A DNA stretch of 64,000 nt from a virus. Both the position numbers and the translations under genes were made by a program. A model generated the notes under the pieces. It was given only the letters and a program-made list of their open reading frames with translations, was not told where the DNA came from and ran no database searches. The DNA lies in the IMG/VR virus record IMGVR_UViG_3300042549_007727; one strand, written 5' to 3'. Position 1 is the stretch's first letter. Each line of letters opens with the position of its first letter. Below, piece by piece: positions 40,205 to 48,988 of the stretch.

Positions 40205-40597
40205 ATGGGAGCAAGAACAACTTGGAAAATAAAGACTAATGATTCGGGAGCTATTACTTGGCTTTACAGTCATTGGGGAGGCGACAGTAAGTTTGACACC
40301 ACTAAAGAGGCGTTGGACTTGGCTATGCCTCGCTGGGAGGATAGGACTTATGGAGCTAGGATTTTTATCAGTAGCGTAATTGGTAATTCTTGGAGTTCAC
40401 AGACAGGGTTTGGAATTACTTCAACCCTTGACACAGATTCCAACCCGTTTGAGGAAAGCTACACGCCTTACACAATTGACTTTGTGCGGAAAGTAGTGAT
40501 TCTTGAAGGTGTTCTCGGAGAGGACTGGGAGTTAGGCTTTGACGAGTTCACTAGACTAAACAGCGAAGCCGACTTGCTACTTCAAGGGACAAGGTAA
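40205..40597 (+). CDS. Conserved phage protein (MGAR...LYSHWGG family)
   Basis: GGGAGG RBS and motif. Confidence 0.65.
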   Translation: MGARTTWKIKTNDSGAITWLYSHWGGDSKFDTTKEALDLAMPRWEDRTYGARIFISSVIGNSWSSQTGFGITSTLDTDSNPFEESYTPYTIDFVRKVVILEGVLGEDWELGFDEFTRLNSEADLLLQGTR

Positions 40598-40879
40598 ATG
40601 GGAAACTTACAAGCTCAAGAAATTGCGAGCAACACCGAAATTACACTTGAACAGCAACTAACTTGGCACTTACAAGGTAATCACTATCCACCGATTCCAG
40701 TTAGTATGGTTCAGCCTTGTGTTGAAGCAATTCAGGCTTATTGGGAAGATGAGCTAGACACGGAGATTCAGTTGCCCGAAGGTGTTTTGTATCGGGGGAA
40801 GGAAACAGCCCCCGCTAGAGAAATAATCATCAATCATCACTTAGACGCTTGGTGTCAAGATGACGAAGATGAGTTTTAG
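40598..40879 (+). CDS. Hypothetical protein
   Basis: WHL.GNHYPP.P motif; coupled to the previous gene. Confidence 0.65.
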   Translation: MGNLQAQEIASNTEITLEQQLTWHLQGNHYPPIPVSMVQPCVEAIQAYWEDELDTEIQLPEGVLYRGKETAPAREIIINHHLDAWCQDDEDEF

Positions 40880-41935
40880 GATTAGCCCCAACTAACCCCC
40901 CAAATGCGGGCAATAGAGAGATTCCCCCTTTCTATTGCCCGTTTTCTTTGCGTGCCGGTAAGGTATCCACTTTTTACTGGGCTTGATTTTCTTTTTATGA
41001 AATACTTGTTTTTCTTTGTTAGTGTGTTATTGTTTATCTGTTGGGAAGTTCCCGACAAGAAACAAGAAAGTTGGGCAGAGAAGTGAAGTTTGTAATTAGG
41101 AGAGCAGTCTTAGGGTTGGTGGCTTTGCCAGTAATCGCTGGGACTTATGTTTTTATGTTTGTATTGCTAGGTTCGCTAAACAATACTTTATGGGGACTAA
41201 CCCTAGATGAAGTTTGGAATAACGGACTTTTGATTGGTTCGGTTAGTGCGGTTGCTTTCGCTTTCGCAACTCAGATTGACAAGCTAATTGCTAGATTGGT
41301 TGGTGAATAATGACTATCATTGTAATCAACCTAGACGGCTCAAGAACGCCTTACGGCTATTCGGCTCACTCATCAGACATCACCGATTACTATGACCGCC
41401 TAGTTGCGGAAAATAGAATCACCGCCTATGAGGTGATTTCCTAATGGGAGATTTTATTCTATTAGCGTTTGCTATCGGACTTATCTTTGGTGGCTTTACT
41501 CTTATGTTTTACAGTTTACTAACTGTAAAAAGAGATAACTACCGACCGAAGCATACACGCTCAACATACCTGCCCAACAGGAAAAGATAGTTCCCCCAAC
41601 TATCGGAAAGCCCTCGCCTTTGTGCGGGGGTTTTCTTTTTTCTGTTTTTTTTTTCTGACGAGAGCTGGTATCCACTTTTTGATGGAAGTTTTTTCGGCTT
41701 CCGTTTTGTCGGGCATTTATGCTAGTGTTAGAGCTACCAATTAGAAAGGTTATCAAATGGGAAAGTTAGTTGCAGAGCTAGGAACAAAAAAAGTCTTATC
41801 TCTAGTTGAAGGCGAAACAACAGTTTCGGCTTACTTACTCACGGAGAGTGAAGAGTTTCTTGCTGTCCTAAAGAGTGCCGACAGTCTAGAGCAGGTTCTA
41901 GATTGGGTAGAAGAAAACTACTAGGAAGGTAGAAA

Positions 41936-42286
41936 ATGAAATTAGCTCTAAAGATAACGCCAGATGGCGTAGCAACTGAAATTGACATAGCCACGGACGA
42001 ATTGAAGAAACTACAAGACGCGGTTGATGGTCTAATTCAACCCGTTGATTTTGAGTTCGGCTCTAGGTATTTGACAATGTGGGTGAATGAAGAAGGACTA
42101 CTTAGAAACGATTTGGAAATGAATCCTGTCGCCTTTCTGTTTTACTCTTCACCGATAATGGGAAACATTATCATAACTGGCGCGCCAGATGAAGATGGCG
42201 AAACAACAAGCCTAGACAGCGCGACAGAGTTAGATGTTCTAAAAAGGATTTGTGAAAAGTTCCTAAGTTCTGTTGAACAAGTCTAA
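41936..42286 (+). CDS. DUF3846-like protein
   Basis: L..LQ.AV.G.I..V...MWVNEEG......N..A. Confidence 0.7.
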   Translation: MKLALKITPDGVATEIDIATDELKKLQDAVDGLIQPVDFEFGSRYLTMWVNEEGLLRNDLEMNPVAFLFYSSPIMGNIIITGAPDEDGETTSLDSATELDVLKRICEKFLSSVEQV

Positions 42287-42458
42287 ATAAAAAACTAAAG
42301 CAACCCCGCCTTTGCGCGGGGTTTCTTTTTATCTTCCGTAAAAAGTCTGCCGTCAACTGGTATCCACTTTTTGATGCCTCTCTTAGTTGCGGTTGCTTTT
42401 TTCTTGCGTTTGTGTTATCTTGATTTGGCTTATAGCAACACTTAGTAGAAAGAGAAAA

Positions 42459-43397
42459 ATGAAAAGACAAATTAGTATCGCGCTCGCGGTGGCATTGCTT
42501 GCCGTTGGGACTACCCCCGCTAGCGCTGGAGTTCAAGGTGAAGTTAGTTCTTGGGGTCTAGATAGAGTAGACCAAACAGCGGGAACAGCAACACTAGATA
42601 GAAGCTACAAATACCCCGACAGCGCTGGCGCTGGAGTTCGCGTGTATGTTTTAGACACGGGAGTTCTTGGAACGCTACCTGGTTTCGGCGGGAGAGTTCT
42701 TACAGGGTTTGACACTCTCGCGGGACTTAGAACGCCACATCAGGCTAATCTTGACTGTAATGGTCATGGAACAGCCGTAGCTGGAATCATTGCTAGCGCG
42801 ACTTATGGAGTAGCTAAGAGCGCAACCATTGTGCCAGTTCGCGTTGCGGACTGTAAAGGTGGAATAGTTCCTGCCAACATTGTCAAGGGAATTGACTGGA
42901 TAATCAAGAATCACCCGCGCGGTACCCCTGCCGTTGTGAATCTAAGTATCGCGGTTGGTAAGACTAAGTTGGTTGATGACGCGATTACAAAACTCTACGG
43001 GATTGGTATAGTTTCAGTAGTTTCCGCTGGTAATCAAAACATAGACGCTTGTCGTCTAAGCCCCGCGGGAGCAACATACGCCCTTACCGTTGGGTCTATA
43101 AACATGAACGACCAAAGAACAAATACTTCTAACTTTGGCGAGTGTGTTTCTATGTACGCCCCTGGTGGTTTGATTACTACCGAGGGAACAAATGGTTTGC
43201 CCTCAACAAGAAGCGGAACATCTTTTTCCGCGCCTCATGTTGCTGGAGCAATAGCCTTGTATCTTTCAAGCAACCCTAAGGCAGACGCCCCCGCGACTGT
43301 TTGGGAGATTACAAGAAATGGTTTGAGTGGAGCTGTTGCTGACGCTAAGAGCGTTAGAGGCAATGTTCTACTCAACACCGCCTTTCTAAACAAGTAA
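42459..43397 (+). CDS. Secreted subtilisin-like (S8, proteinase K/aqualysin-type) serine protease
   Basis: Signal peptide; WGLDR.DQ; LDTG, HGT.VAG and GTSF.APHVAG triad motifs. Confidence 0.92.
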   Translation: MKRQISIALAVALLAVGTTPASAGVQGEVSSWGLDRVDQTAGTATLDRSYKYPDSAGAGVRVYVLDTGVLGTLPGFGGRVLTGFDTLAGLRTPHQANLDCNGHGTAVAGIIASATYGVAKSATIVPVRVADCKGGIVPANIVKGIDWIIKNHPRGTPAVVNLSIAVGKTKLVDDAITKLYGIGIVSVVSAGNQNIDACRLSPAGATYALTVGSINMNDQRTNTSNFGECVSMYAPGGLITTEGTNGLPSTRSGTSFSAPHVAGAIALYLSSNPKADAPATVWEITRNGLSGAVADAKSVRGNVLLNTAFLNK

Positions 43398-43409
43398 GCA
43401 ATAAGCAAA

Positions 43410-43442
43410 GACCCCCTGCCGTAATTGGCGGGGGGTTTTTTG
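43410..43442 (+). terminator. Intrinsic terminator (cassette end)
   Basis: ACCCCCTGCC-GTAATT-GGCGGGGGGTTTTTT. Confidence 0.8.
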
Positions 43443-43590
43443 CTAGCTGAAGGCGTGTATCCACTTTTTGACCTGTTGAAAAAACTTTTGCGGAATTGCT
43501 TGTTTTATCGGATTAGTATGCTATGATGATTACATCATCAAAAGATGATAATCCAAGCAACAAAAGCAACACCTAACAAAGGGGAATAAG

Positions 43591-43932
43591 TTGACAACAT
43601 CAACAACAACCGCAACAACAACCGCAACCAAGGCAACAAAAGTTGTTCTAGGACAAGTTCGGGAATTGACTGAGGTTAGGGCAGAAATTGCCAGACTGGA
43701 AAAACTAAAGTTGGCTCTCACCGCTGAAATTGAAAAGGCTTTTGAGGTTGACAAAGAAGCAAAGACCTCACGCTTTTCAACCCTTACTCACAATGCCATA
43801 GAGTTCGCAAGAATTGACTGGAGAAGCCGTAAGGGTATTGACTCAGAGAAGTTAGCCCTAGAGTTTCCTGAAGCGTTTGAGGCTTGCCAGAAGCCAACTG
43901 TTTACTCAGTAATAGTTTCCTTGTTCAAGTAA
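43591..43932 (+). CDS. Hypothetical protein, paralog of 35845..36195
   Basis: Shared motif; AAAGGGG RBS. Confidence 0.7.
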   Translation: MTTSTTTATTTATKATKVVLGQVRELTEVRAEIARLEKLKLALTAEIEKAFEVDKEAKTSRFSTLTHNAIEFARIDWRSRKGIDSEKLALEFPEAFEACQKPTVYSVIVSLFK

Positions 43933-45313
43933 AAGGGAGAGAGAAGCCCCCGCCGAAAGGTTGGGGGCTTTTCTTTTGCCAAAAAGTTTTACGGCGACTC
44001 GCGGGCTGTATCCACTTTTTGATTAGTCTTCCAGGTGTATCACGGGCTTAGGCTTTTTGTCTGTGGCAAATAGTATGCTAATGATTACTAGCCAATTGGT
44101 TAGTAGTTGGGCAACAATTATTAGTTTGGAGAATCATGAACATTAGTTCAGATACAAGGTCAACGCAAGAGTTGACTGTTGCGCTTATGGCACTAAACAC
44201 TACAACCCTTATTCCAACTGGATACGGGGTATCTCAGGACTGTGCAACAGCTATTGAGTTCTTGAAGCAACGCTCAGAACAGATGGCTAATGTTGCTAAG
44301 GAAATTGAGAAGCTACTAGGGGGAGTTCACCGTGGCTAAGTTTGTAATCACTAATGGCAGAGTTGGTAATGACAACGGTAATCAGCAATTTGTAGAACAC
44401 GCCTATTATCACCCTATGGGCAGGAAAGCCCTATTGAACAAGATTCAAGACCTAGCTAATAGAAGCGGATTAGAGTCTTGGGCAGAGCTATACACGGAAT
44501 GGAAAGATGAGAATAGGACTGGCAAAACACCGAATCGAATCTTCCCTAGAAAGCCGTATTCAACTTACTAACTAGATACCTCAGTAAGTAATGACCCCCT
44601 AGCTATACGGTTGGGGGGTCTTTGCTATGCGGTATGCGGTTGAATAGTTTGGATTCATGAATGCTTGATCATGCGGATAGCAAAAACAATTATTGAATTA
44701 GTTTTTTGATAGATCAGGTTGACCCCCCCATGAAATAAGCCAAAAATAATTAGCGGGCGGGCGGGCATACCCCCCTCAGAAACTTATAGTTAGTAATAAA
44801 CTTACTTAGGTCTTTTCTAGTTCTTTCAGCTAGCCCTCATAGACGCCCCCCTGTAAGCCTCACTAGAAAGACACCCAACTTGGACAGCTAATGCTAGACG
44901 CCCCCTCAGAGTAGTAGTCATAGATTCTAAAGTCATGACCCCCTAAGAAAGACAACCTTGTCTTGTAAAGTTCTTAGTAATCTAGTATCCTTGACAATAG
45001 ATAGTAATTTTTATTTTTCTAGCTTGAAGCAAGGACTAATTTTTATAAAGAACAATTTTGTATGGCGTATTCAACAAGAATTGTTTTTGGAAGACCCCTT
45101 CACTTTTAGGAAACAATTTTGAAGTCCTTCAATTTCATACGGCTACCCTCTCACCCGTCAAAAGCAGTAGACGCTAAGGTACTAATTCTTCCGTTACGGA
45201 CACCCCCCTCTTTTTAAAAAACGCAATTACCCCCTGCCCCAAAACGACAAAAAATCCGGAAAAAATTTTTCAAAAAAATTCGTCCAATAGCCCGATATCT
45301 ACATAGTGCTAAA

Positions 45314-45832
45314 ATGTACCTTATGCCCCGTAGAACAGCGCGAAGTCAGCCGCTACCCCCAGCCGAAGTTGAGTACCTAAACTCGCTTACAATAAACGCC
45401 CTTATCCCGAGAGTCAACGCACTGTATAACGCAGGGTGGGCGCTTCAAGCCATCGGGGAATGCCTATCCCCTAGACGCCCTAGATCCACGGTTCGCAGCT
45501 GGGTAGTTAAGTCTGCTGAGCTTGGGGCCCAAGAAGCAGTAGACGCCCCTACCCTCCCATCTCCTGTACATAAAACAGCAGCCGATGGGTATCAGAAACG
45601 CCGCCCTACATCTCCAGGTATCCCTGAGGACACTTTTGACGAGATTAGGTCCTTAGCGCCCCTAGCACGCTCCTACAGGGCCAAAATGGCCCAAACTAGC
45701 TCTGCGGCCGTAGCAAACCGCAGATTGACTGATATTTGCGCCAAATTGCACGAAAATGGCGTAGGAATAAGGGAATTAGCCGAGGCAGCAGGAGTAACAT
45801 ACCGCGCTATGTACAAGAGAATTAAGCTTTAA
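45314..45832 (+). CDS. Double-HTH DNA-binding protein
   Basis: GWALQAIGE...RSTVRSW and GVGIRELAEAAGVTYRAM. Confidence 0.7.
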   Translation: MYLMPRRTARSQPLPPAEVEYLNSLTINALIPRVNALYNAGWALQAIGECLSPRRPRSTVRSWVVKSAELGAQEAVDAPTLPSPVHKTAADGYQKRRPTSPGIPEDTFDEIRSLAPLARSYRAKMAQTSSAAVANRRLTDICAKLHENGVGIRELAEAAGVTYRAMYKRIKL

Positions 45833-46051
45833 TCTCGATTTGACATCCTAAATCCGACACAATAGGGTTTTTGACGTGGTAAAATATTAACCGGAGAGCA
45901 CGTTCTTTCAATAAAAGGAAGGATGTGCTTTTTGGCATCTCTGGACATTTTGTGTTAGAGTGCAACCCACAACTGAATATGGAAAGAAAACCAAATAGAA
46001 CACTAAACGACCGAGTACTAAAGTATTCACTTCTGAAAGGTAGGTCGCTAA

Positions 46052-46804
46052 ATGCATAAGAGGTTCATTTCAATAAGTGCGATAGCACTAGTAATGACTG
46101 GCTCCACCGCAGCGTTCGGACAGATGTTAGAGTCCACCACCGCTGCGTCAGAACAAACATTAGTAACACAAGTAACAAAACCGGCTGAAATAATTGATTC
46201 TCCTGTACAAAAGGTAGAAATTGTTTCCGGCCCTGCTGTATCACCCGAGATTGCTGCGGGCCCTGTCCTAAAGTCAAGCGCACCGATCATTGGGTCGTAC
46301 GACTGGATGGCCCAGGAAAAAGCTGCAAAAGAAGCTCTCATGTCTGATGCTGAAAAAGTGCAAGCAGAACTAGAGGCAGAAATTGCTCGGCTAGAAAAAA
46401 TCGCCTCTGACACCAAAGCCCTAAACGAGGCTCTTGTCTTGGTTAAAAAACAAATTGGCATCACCCCTTGGGTTTTTCAGGGGTCAAGCCCCCGCGCCTG
46501 GGACTGCTCGGGTCTTGTAAAATGGACCTACGCCCAGCTTGGGATAGACCTGTATCACAGTGCCACATGGCAAAGATACTGGGGCGAGATTGTAGCCGAA
46601 CCTAAAATTGGAGACCTAGTGTCTTTCAATTACAAAAACTACTCAAGCGCCTACCATATTGGGATCTACGTTGGTCCTGATGAGATGATCCACGCTGGCG
46701 GTAAGCCAGGAGATAGGGCCGAAATAATCTCTATCAGCGAATGGGCAAAAGACAATTCGAATAGTGAAGTCATCTACACCCGACTAATTGAAACTAACAA
46801 CTAG
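46052..46804 (+). CDS. Secreted NlpC/P60 cell-wall peptidase
   Basis: Signal peptide, coiled coil, WDCSGL, GDLV.F, HIGIY.G...IHA. Confidence 0.9.
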   Translation: MHKRFISISAIALVMTGSTAAFGQMLESTTAASEQTLVTQVTKPAEIIDSPVQKVEIVSGPAVSPEIAAGPVLKSSAPIIGSYDWMAQEKAAKEALMSDAEKVQAELEAEIARLEKIASDTKALNEALVLVKKQIGITPWVFQGSSPRAWDCSGLVKWTYAQLGIDLYHSATWQRYWGEIVAEPKIGDLVSFNYKNYSSAYHIGIYVGPDEMIHAGGKPGDRAEIISISEWAKDNSNSEVIYTRLIETNN

Positions 46805-46815
46805 TTAGGACGAGA

Positions 46816-46845
46816 GGCCCCTCCTTCGGGAGGGGTTTTTCTCTT
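46816..46845 (+). terminator. Intrinsic terminator
   Basis: GCCCCTCC-TTCG-GGAGGGGTTTTT. Confidence 0.9.
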
Positions 46846-46921
46846 TAAATTTGACTTGACAAACAAAATCATATACATTAGTGTTTAGTCAAGCATCACC
46901 CAAATAGAGAAAAGAGACAAA

Positions 46922-47738
46922 ATGAAGAACATATACAAAAGCATTGTTATCGCAGTTGTTTTTGGAAACATTATTGCGTTCCCGGTAGTTGCCTACACAT
47001 TCCCGTGGGACACATACCTGATTGATCCAACCCCCTACTACATTATTCAGTCAGAGTCGCTAGGTTTTTTGATTGCGGCATGTATTTTTGTCTACGAATG
47101 GGTTAAGTACGGCGAGAAGCCAAACTTTCTTAAACTTAAGTTAAAGCCTCGTACGCCTAAGCAGAAAACTACAAAATAGTCCTGCCTTGCGCATACGACT
47201 AGATTGTGATAGTATAAAGCCATGAACTTAGACAACACTCTCGCTTGGGTAGTACTTCTAGCAGTAATTGCTATTCTCTACTACCCGGTAGCTAAAAGAA
47301 TCTACAGAAGATGGAGACGGGCGCGTTTTCTAAAACAAGACCCGGCTCCACTCTTAGGTGTTGTATTTCCACCATCAGATAAGAAAGATGAATACTAAAT
47401 GCGTCTATTACTAGCGCTACGAGAAATCAACTGGCTCGCGGTAATTGCCCTGCTTGCAGCAATAGCTGCGGTTATCATTACCTACACAACTAACCCACCG
47501 CTTACAGGTCCAACGCTTGCACTAGCTGCAATCGCCCTAGCTAAGCTGTCCGAGAAAGATTAAAATAATGGACGCCCTTACTGTAATCATACTTATCGTC
47601 TTAGGACTTATGGTCTTAGGGGTATTCCTTTGGTTTTTTCTAGGATTTCTAATATTTATGGGTGCGGCTTCGATTAAAGATCTACACGACGACTATCCGC
47701 CAAGAGAAGAAAACTTTAGAGATACGAGGACTAAGTGA
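46922..47738 (+). other. Cluster of four small membrane proteins (46922-47179, 47222-47398, 47399-47563, 47568-47738)
   Basis: ORF track plus hand translations, each with hydrophobic helices; tight spacing. Confidence 0.6.
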
Positions 47739-47996
47739 GCCCCAACCACACTAAAACTCTGACTGTGTTCGGGTCAGATGATTTGAGAGACGCTTTACCG
47801 CAGAGCGGCGTTTTTGATATGCTCGACTGCGAAGTAGAGCTATTGTGCCCGCCCACAGCGCCAACATCAGAAATCGAAAAAATGGTAAATATTATAGAAT
47901 CGATGATCAATGTAACAGACGTTAGGGTTACCGGAGTCCCTCGCTTTGAGGATGAGCAGACTTACAAAATAACAATCCAAAATGTACCCCTAGAGG

Positions 47997-48590
47997 TTGC
48001 AAGAGGAAGAAAAAAAGGATAAGGTATTGACCACAATGACGAATACAAAATACGTAAAGAAAAACCAGCAAGTCCCGAAGCACATAGCTGACTTTTTTAA
48101 GGCTACGACAGACGCCCCTACTCGAGACTACTTAATCCGAGAGTTGTGTTACAAGCATTGGACCTATGAAGCAGTAGCTACTGCCTGCGGGATTACCCGC
48201 GAGCGAGTTCGCCAGATATATACTTCTGAACCAGTGACTGGCTATATGCCGATCCCATTCGAAATTCCAGAGCCACCTCTAAGACCGGAGCGTTCTAAGC
48301 CGGTATACATCGAGCCAACCCCAGCTACGCTAAAGCGTCTACTAGAGCTTCAGCCCTATGCCCAGCTGGTGCGATCAAATGGAAAAGCTTACCGAGAGGA
48401 AGCCGAGGAGTATACCAAGCTGCTCAACTATGCCCACACTGTAGAAGGCGTGACCCTATATCGTCTAGCAAAACGTCTTGGCGTAACTCATGGTGCATTG
48501 CGTTTCCGCCTTGTACGCTACGGCTACAAAAAGCCAGTAACAGCAACATCAAAGGTCTACAACCCGATTCTTAAAGAAAATAGAATTTAA
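47997..48590 (+). CDS. Double-HTH DNA-binding protein
   Basis: WTYEAVATACGITRERVRQI (sigma region 4-like) and TLYRLAKRLGVT. Confidence 0.75.
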   Translation: MQEEEKKDKVLTTMTNTKYVKKNQQVPKHIADFFKATTDAPTRDYLIRELCYKHWTYEAVATACGITRERVRQIYTSEPVTGYMPIPFEIPEPPLRPERSKPVYIEPTPATLKRLLELQPYAQLVRSNGKAYREEAEEYTKLLNYAHTVEGVTLYRLAKRLGVTHGALRFRLVRYGYKKPVTATSKVYNPILKENRI

Positions 48591-48600
48591 GGAGCAACAA

Positions 48601-48969
48601 ATGGGATACTACACACACAAAAAAGCGCCGCTAATTAGAACGGAAGAAGTCGATCTTCCTTTCCACACTGGCTTTCATGACTACCCAGGGCAAGAGTTGC
48701 CAGCGTATCTTTCAGTTTTTGATGTTGCTCCCGACATTAACGTTGAGGTTTACGTACTTAAGGGTCAGACACGAGTTTTCTATTTTAGAGAGCTATTGCT
48801 AGACCCCGAGACAAAAGAAGTTTTAGTTTACGGGAAACATGCAACCCCTCTAGGTCACAGGGATACTATTCATTCGTGGATCAACACTTACTTTAAAAAG
48901 ACTTCTATGTCTAGGTCATGGGTTGAAGATAGAAGACGTGAGCTTACAAAGCTAAAGGTTAACAACTAA
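48601..48969 (+). CDS. Hypothetical protein
   Basis: AAGGAG RBS. Confidence 0.65.
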   Translation: MGYYTHKKAPLIRTEEVDLPFHTGFHDYPGQELPAYLSVFDVAPDINVEVYVLKGQTRVFYFRELLLDPETKEVLVYGKHATPLGHRDTIHSWINTYFKKTSMSRSWVEDRRRELTKLKVNN

Positions 48970-48988
48970 AGTAGGGTAAACTACCTAC

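Larger units (their letters stand above)
30735..44020 (+). repeat. Dispersed direct repeat GTATCCACTTTT(T), 15 intergenic copies
   Basis: Copies start at 30735, 31666, 35724, 36258, 37065, 37628, 38122, 38524, 39553, 40103, 40963, 41668, 42360, 43457 and 44008, all on the + strand. Confidence 0.95.

Noticed and set aside
30735-44020. CRISPR array interpretation of the 13-bp repeats
   Set aside because: The repeat is too short, spacing is irregular (about 400-4000 bp), the intervals contain genes, and no cas genes are present.
45890-46051. c-di-AMP (ydaO) riboswitch upstream of NlpC/P60
   Set aside because: The context would fit, but the conserved GCUGAAUCC, GGGGGAACC and GUCAGCUAAC blocks are absent.
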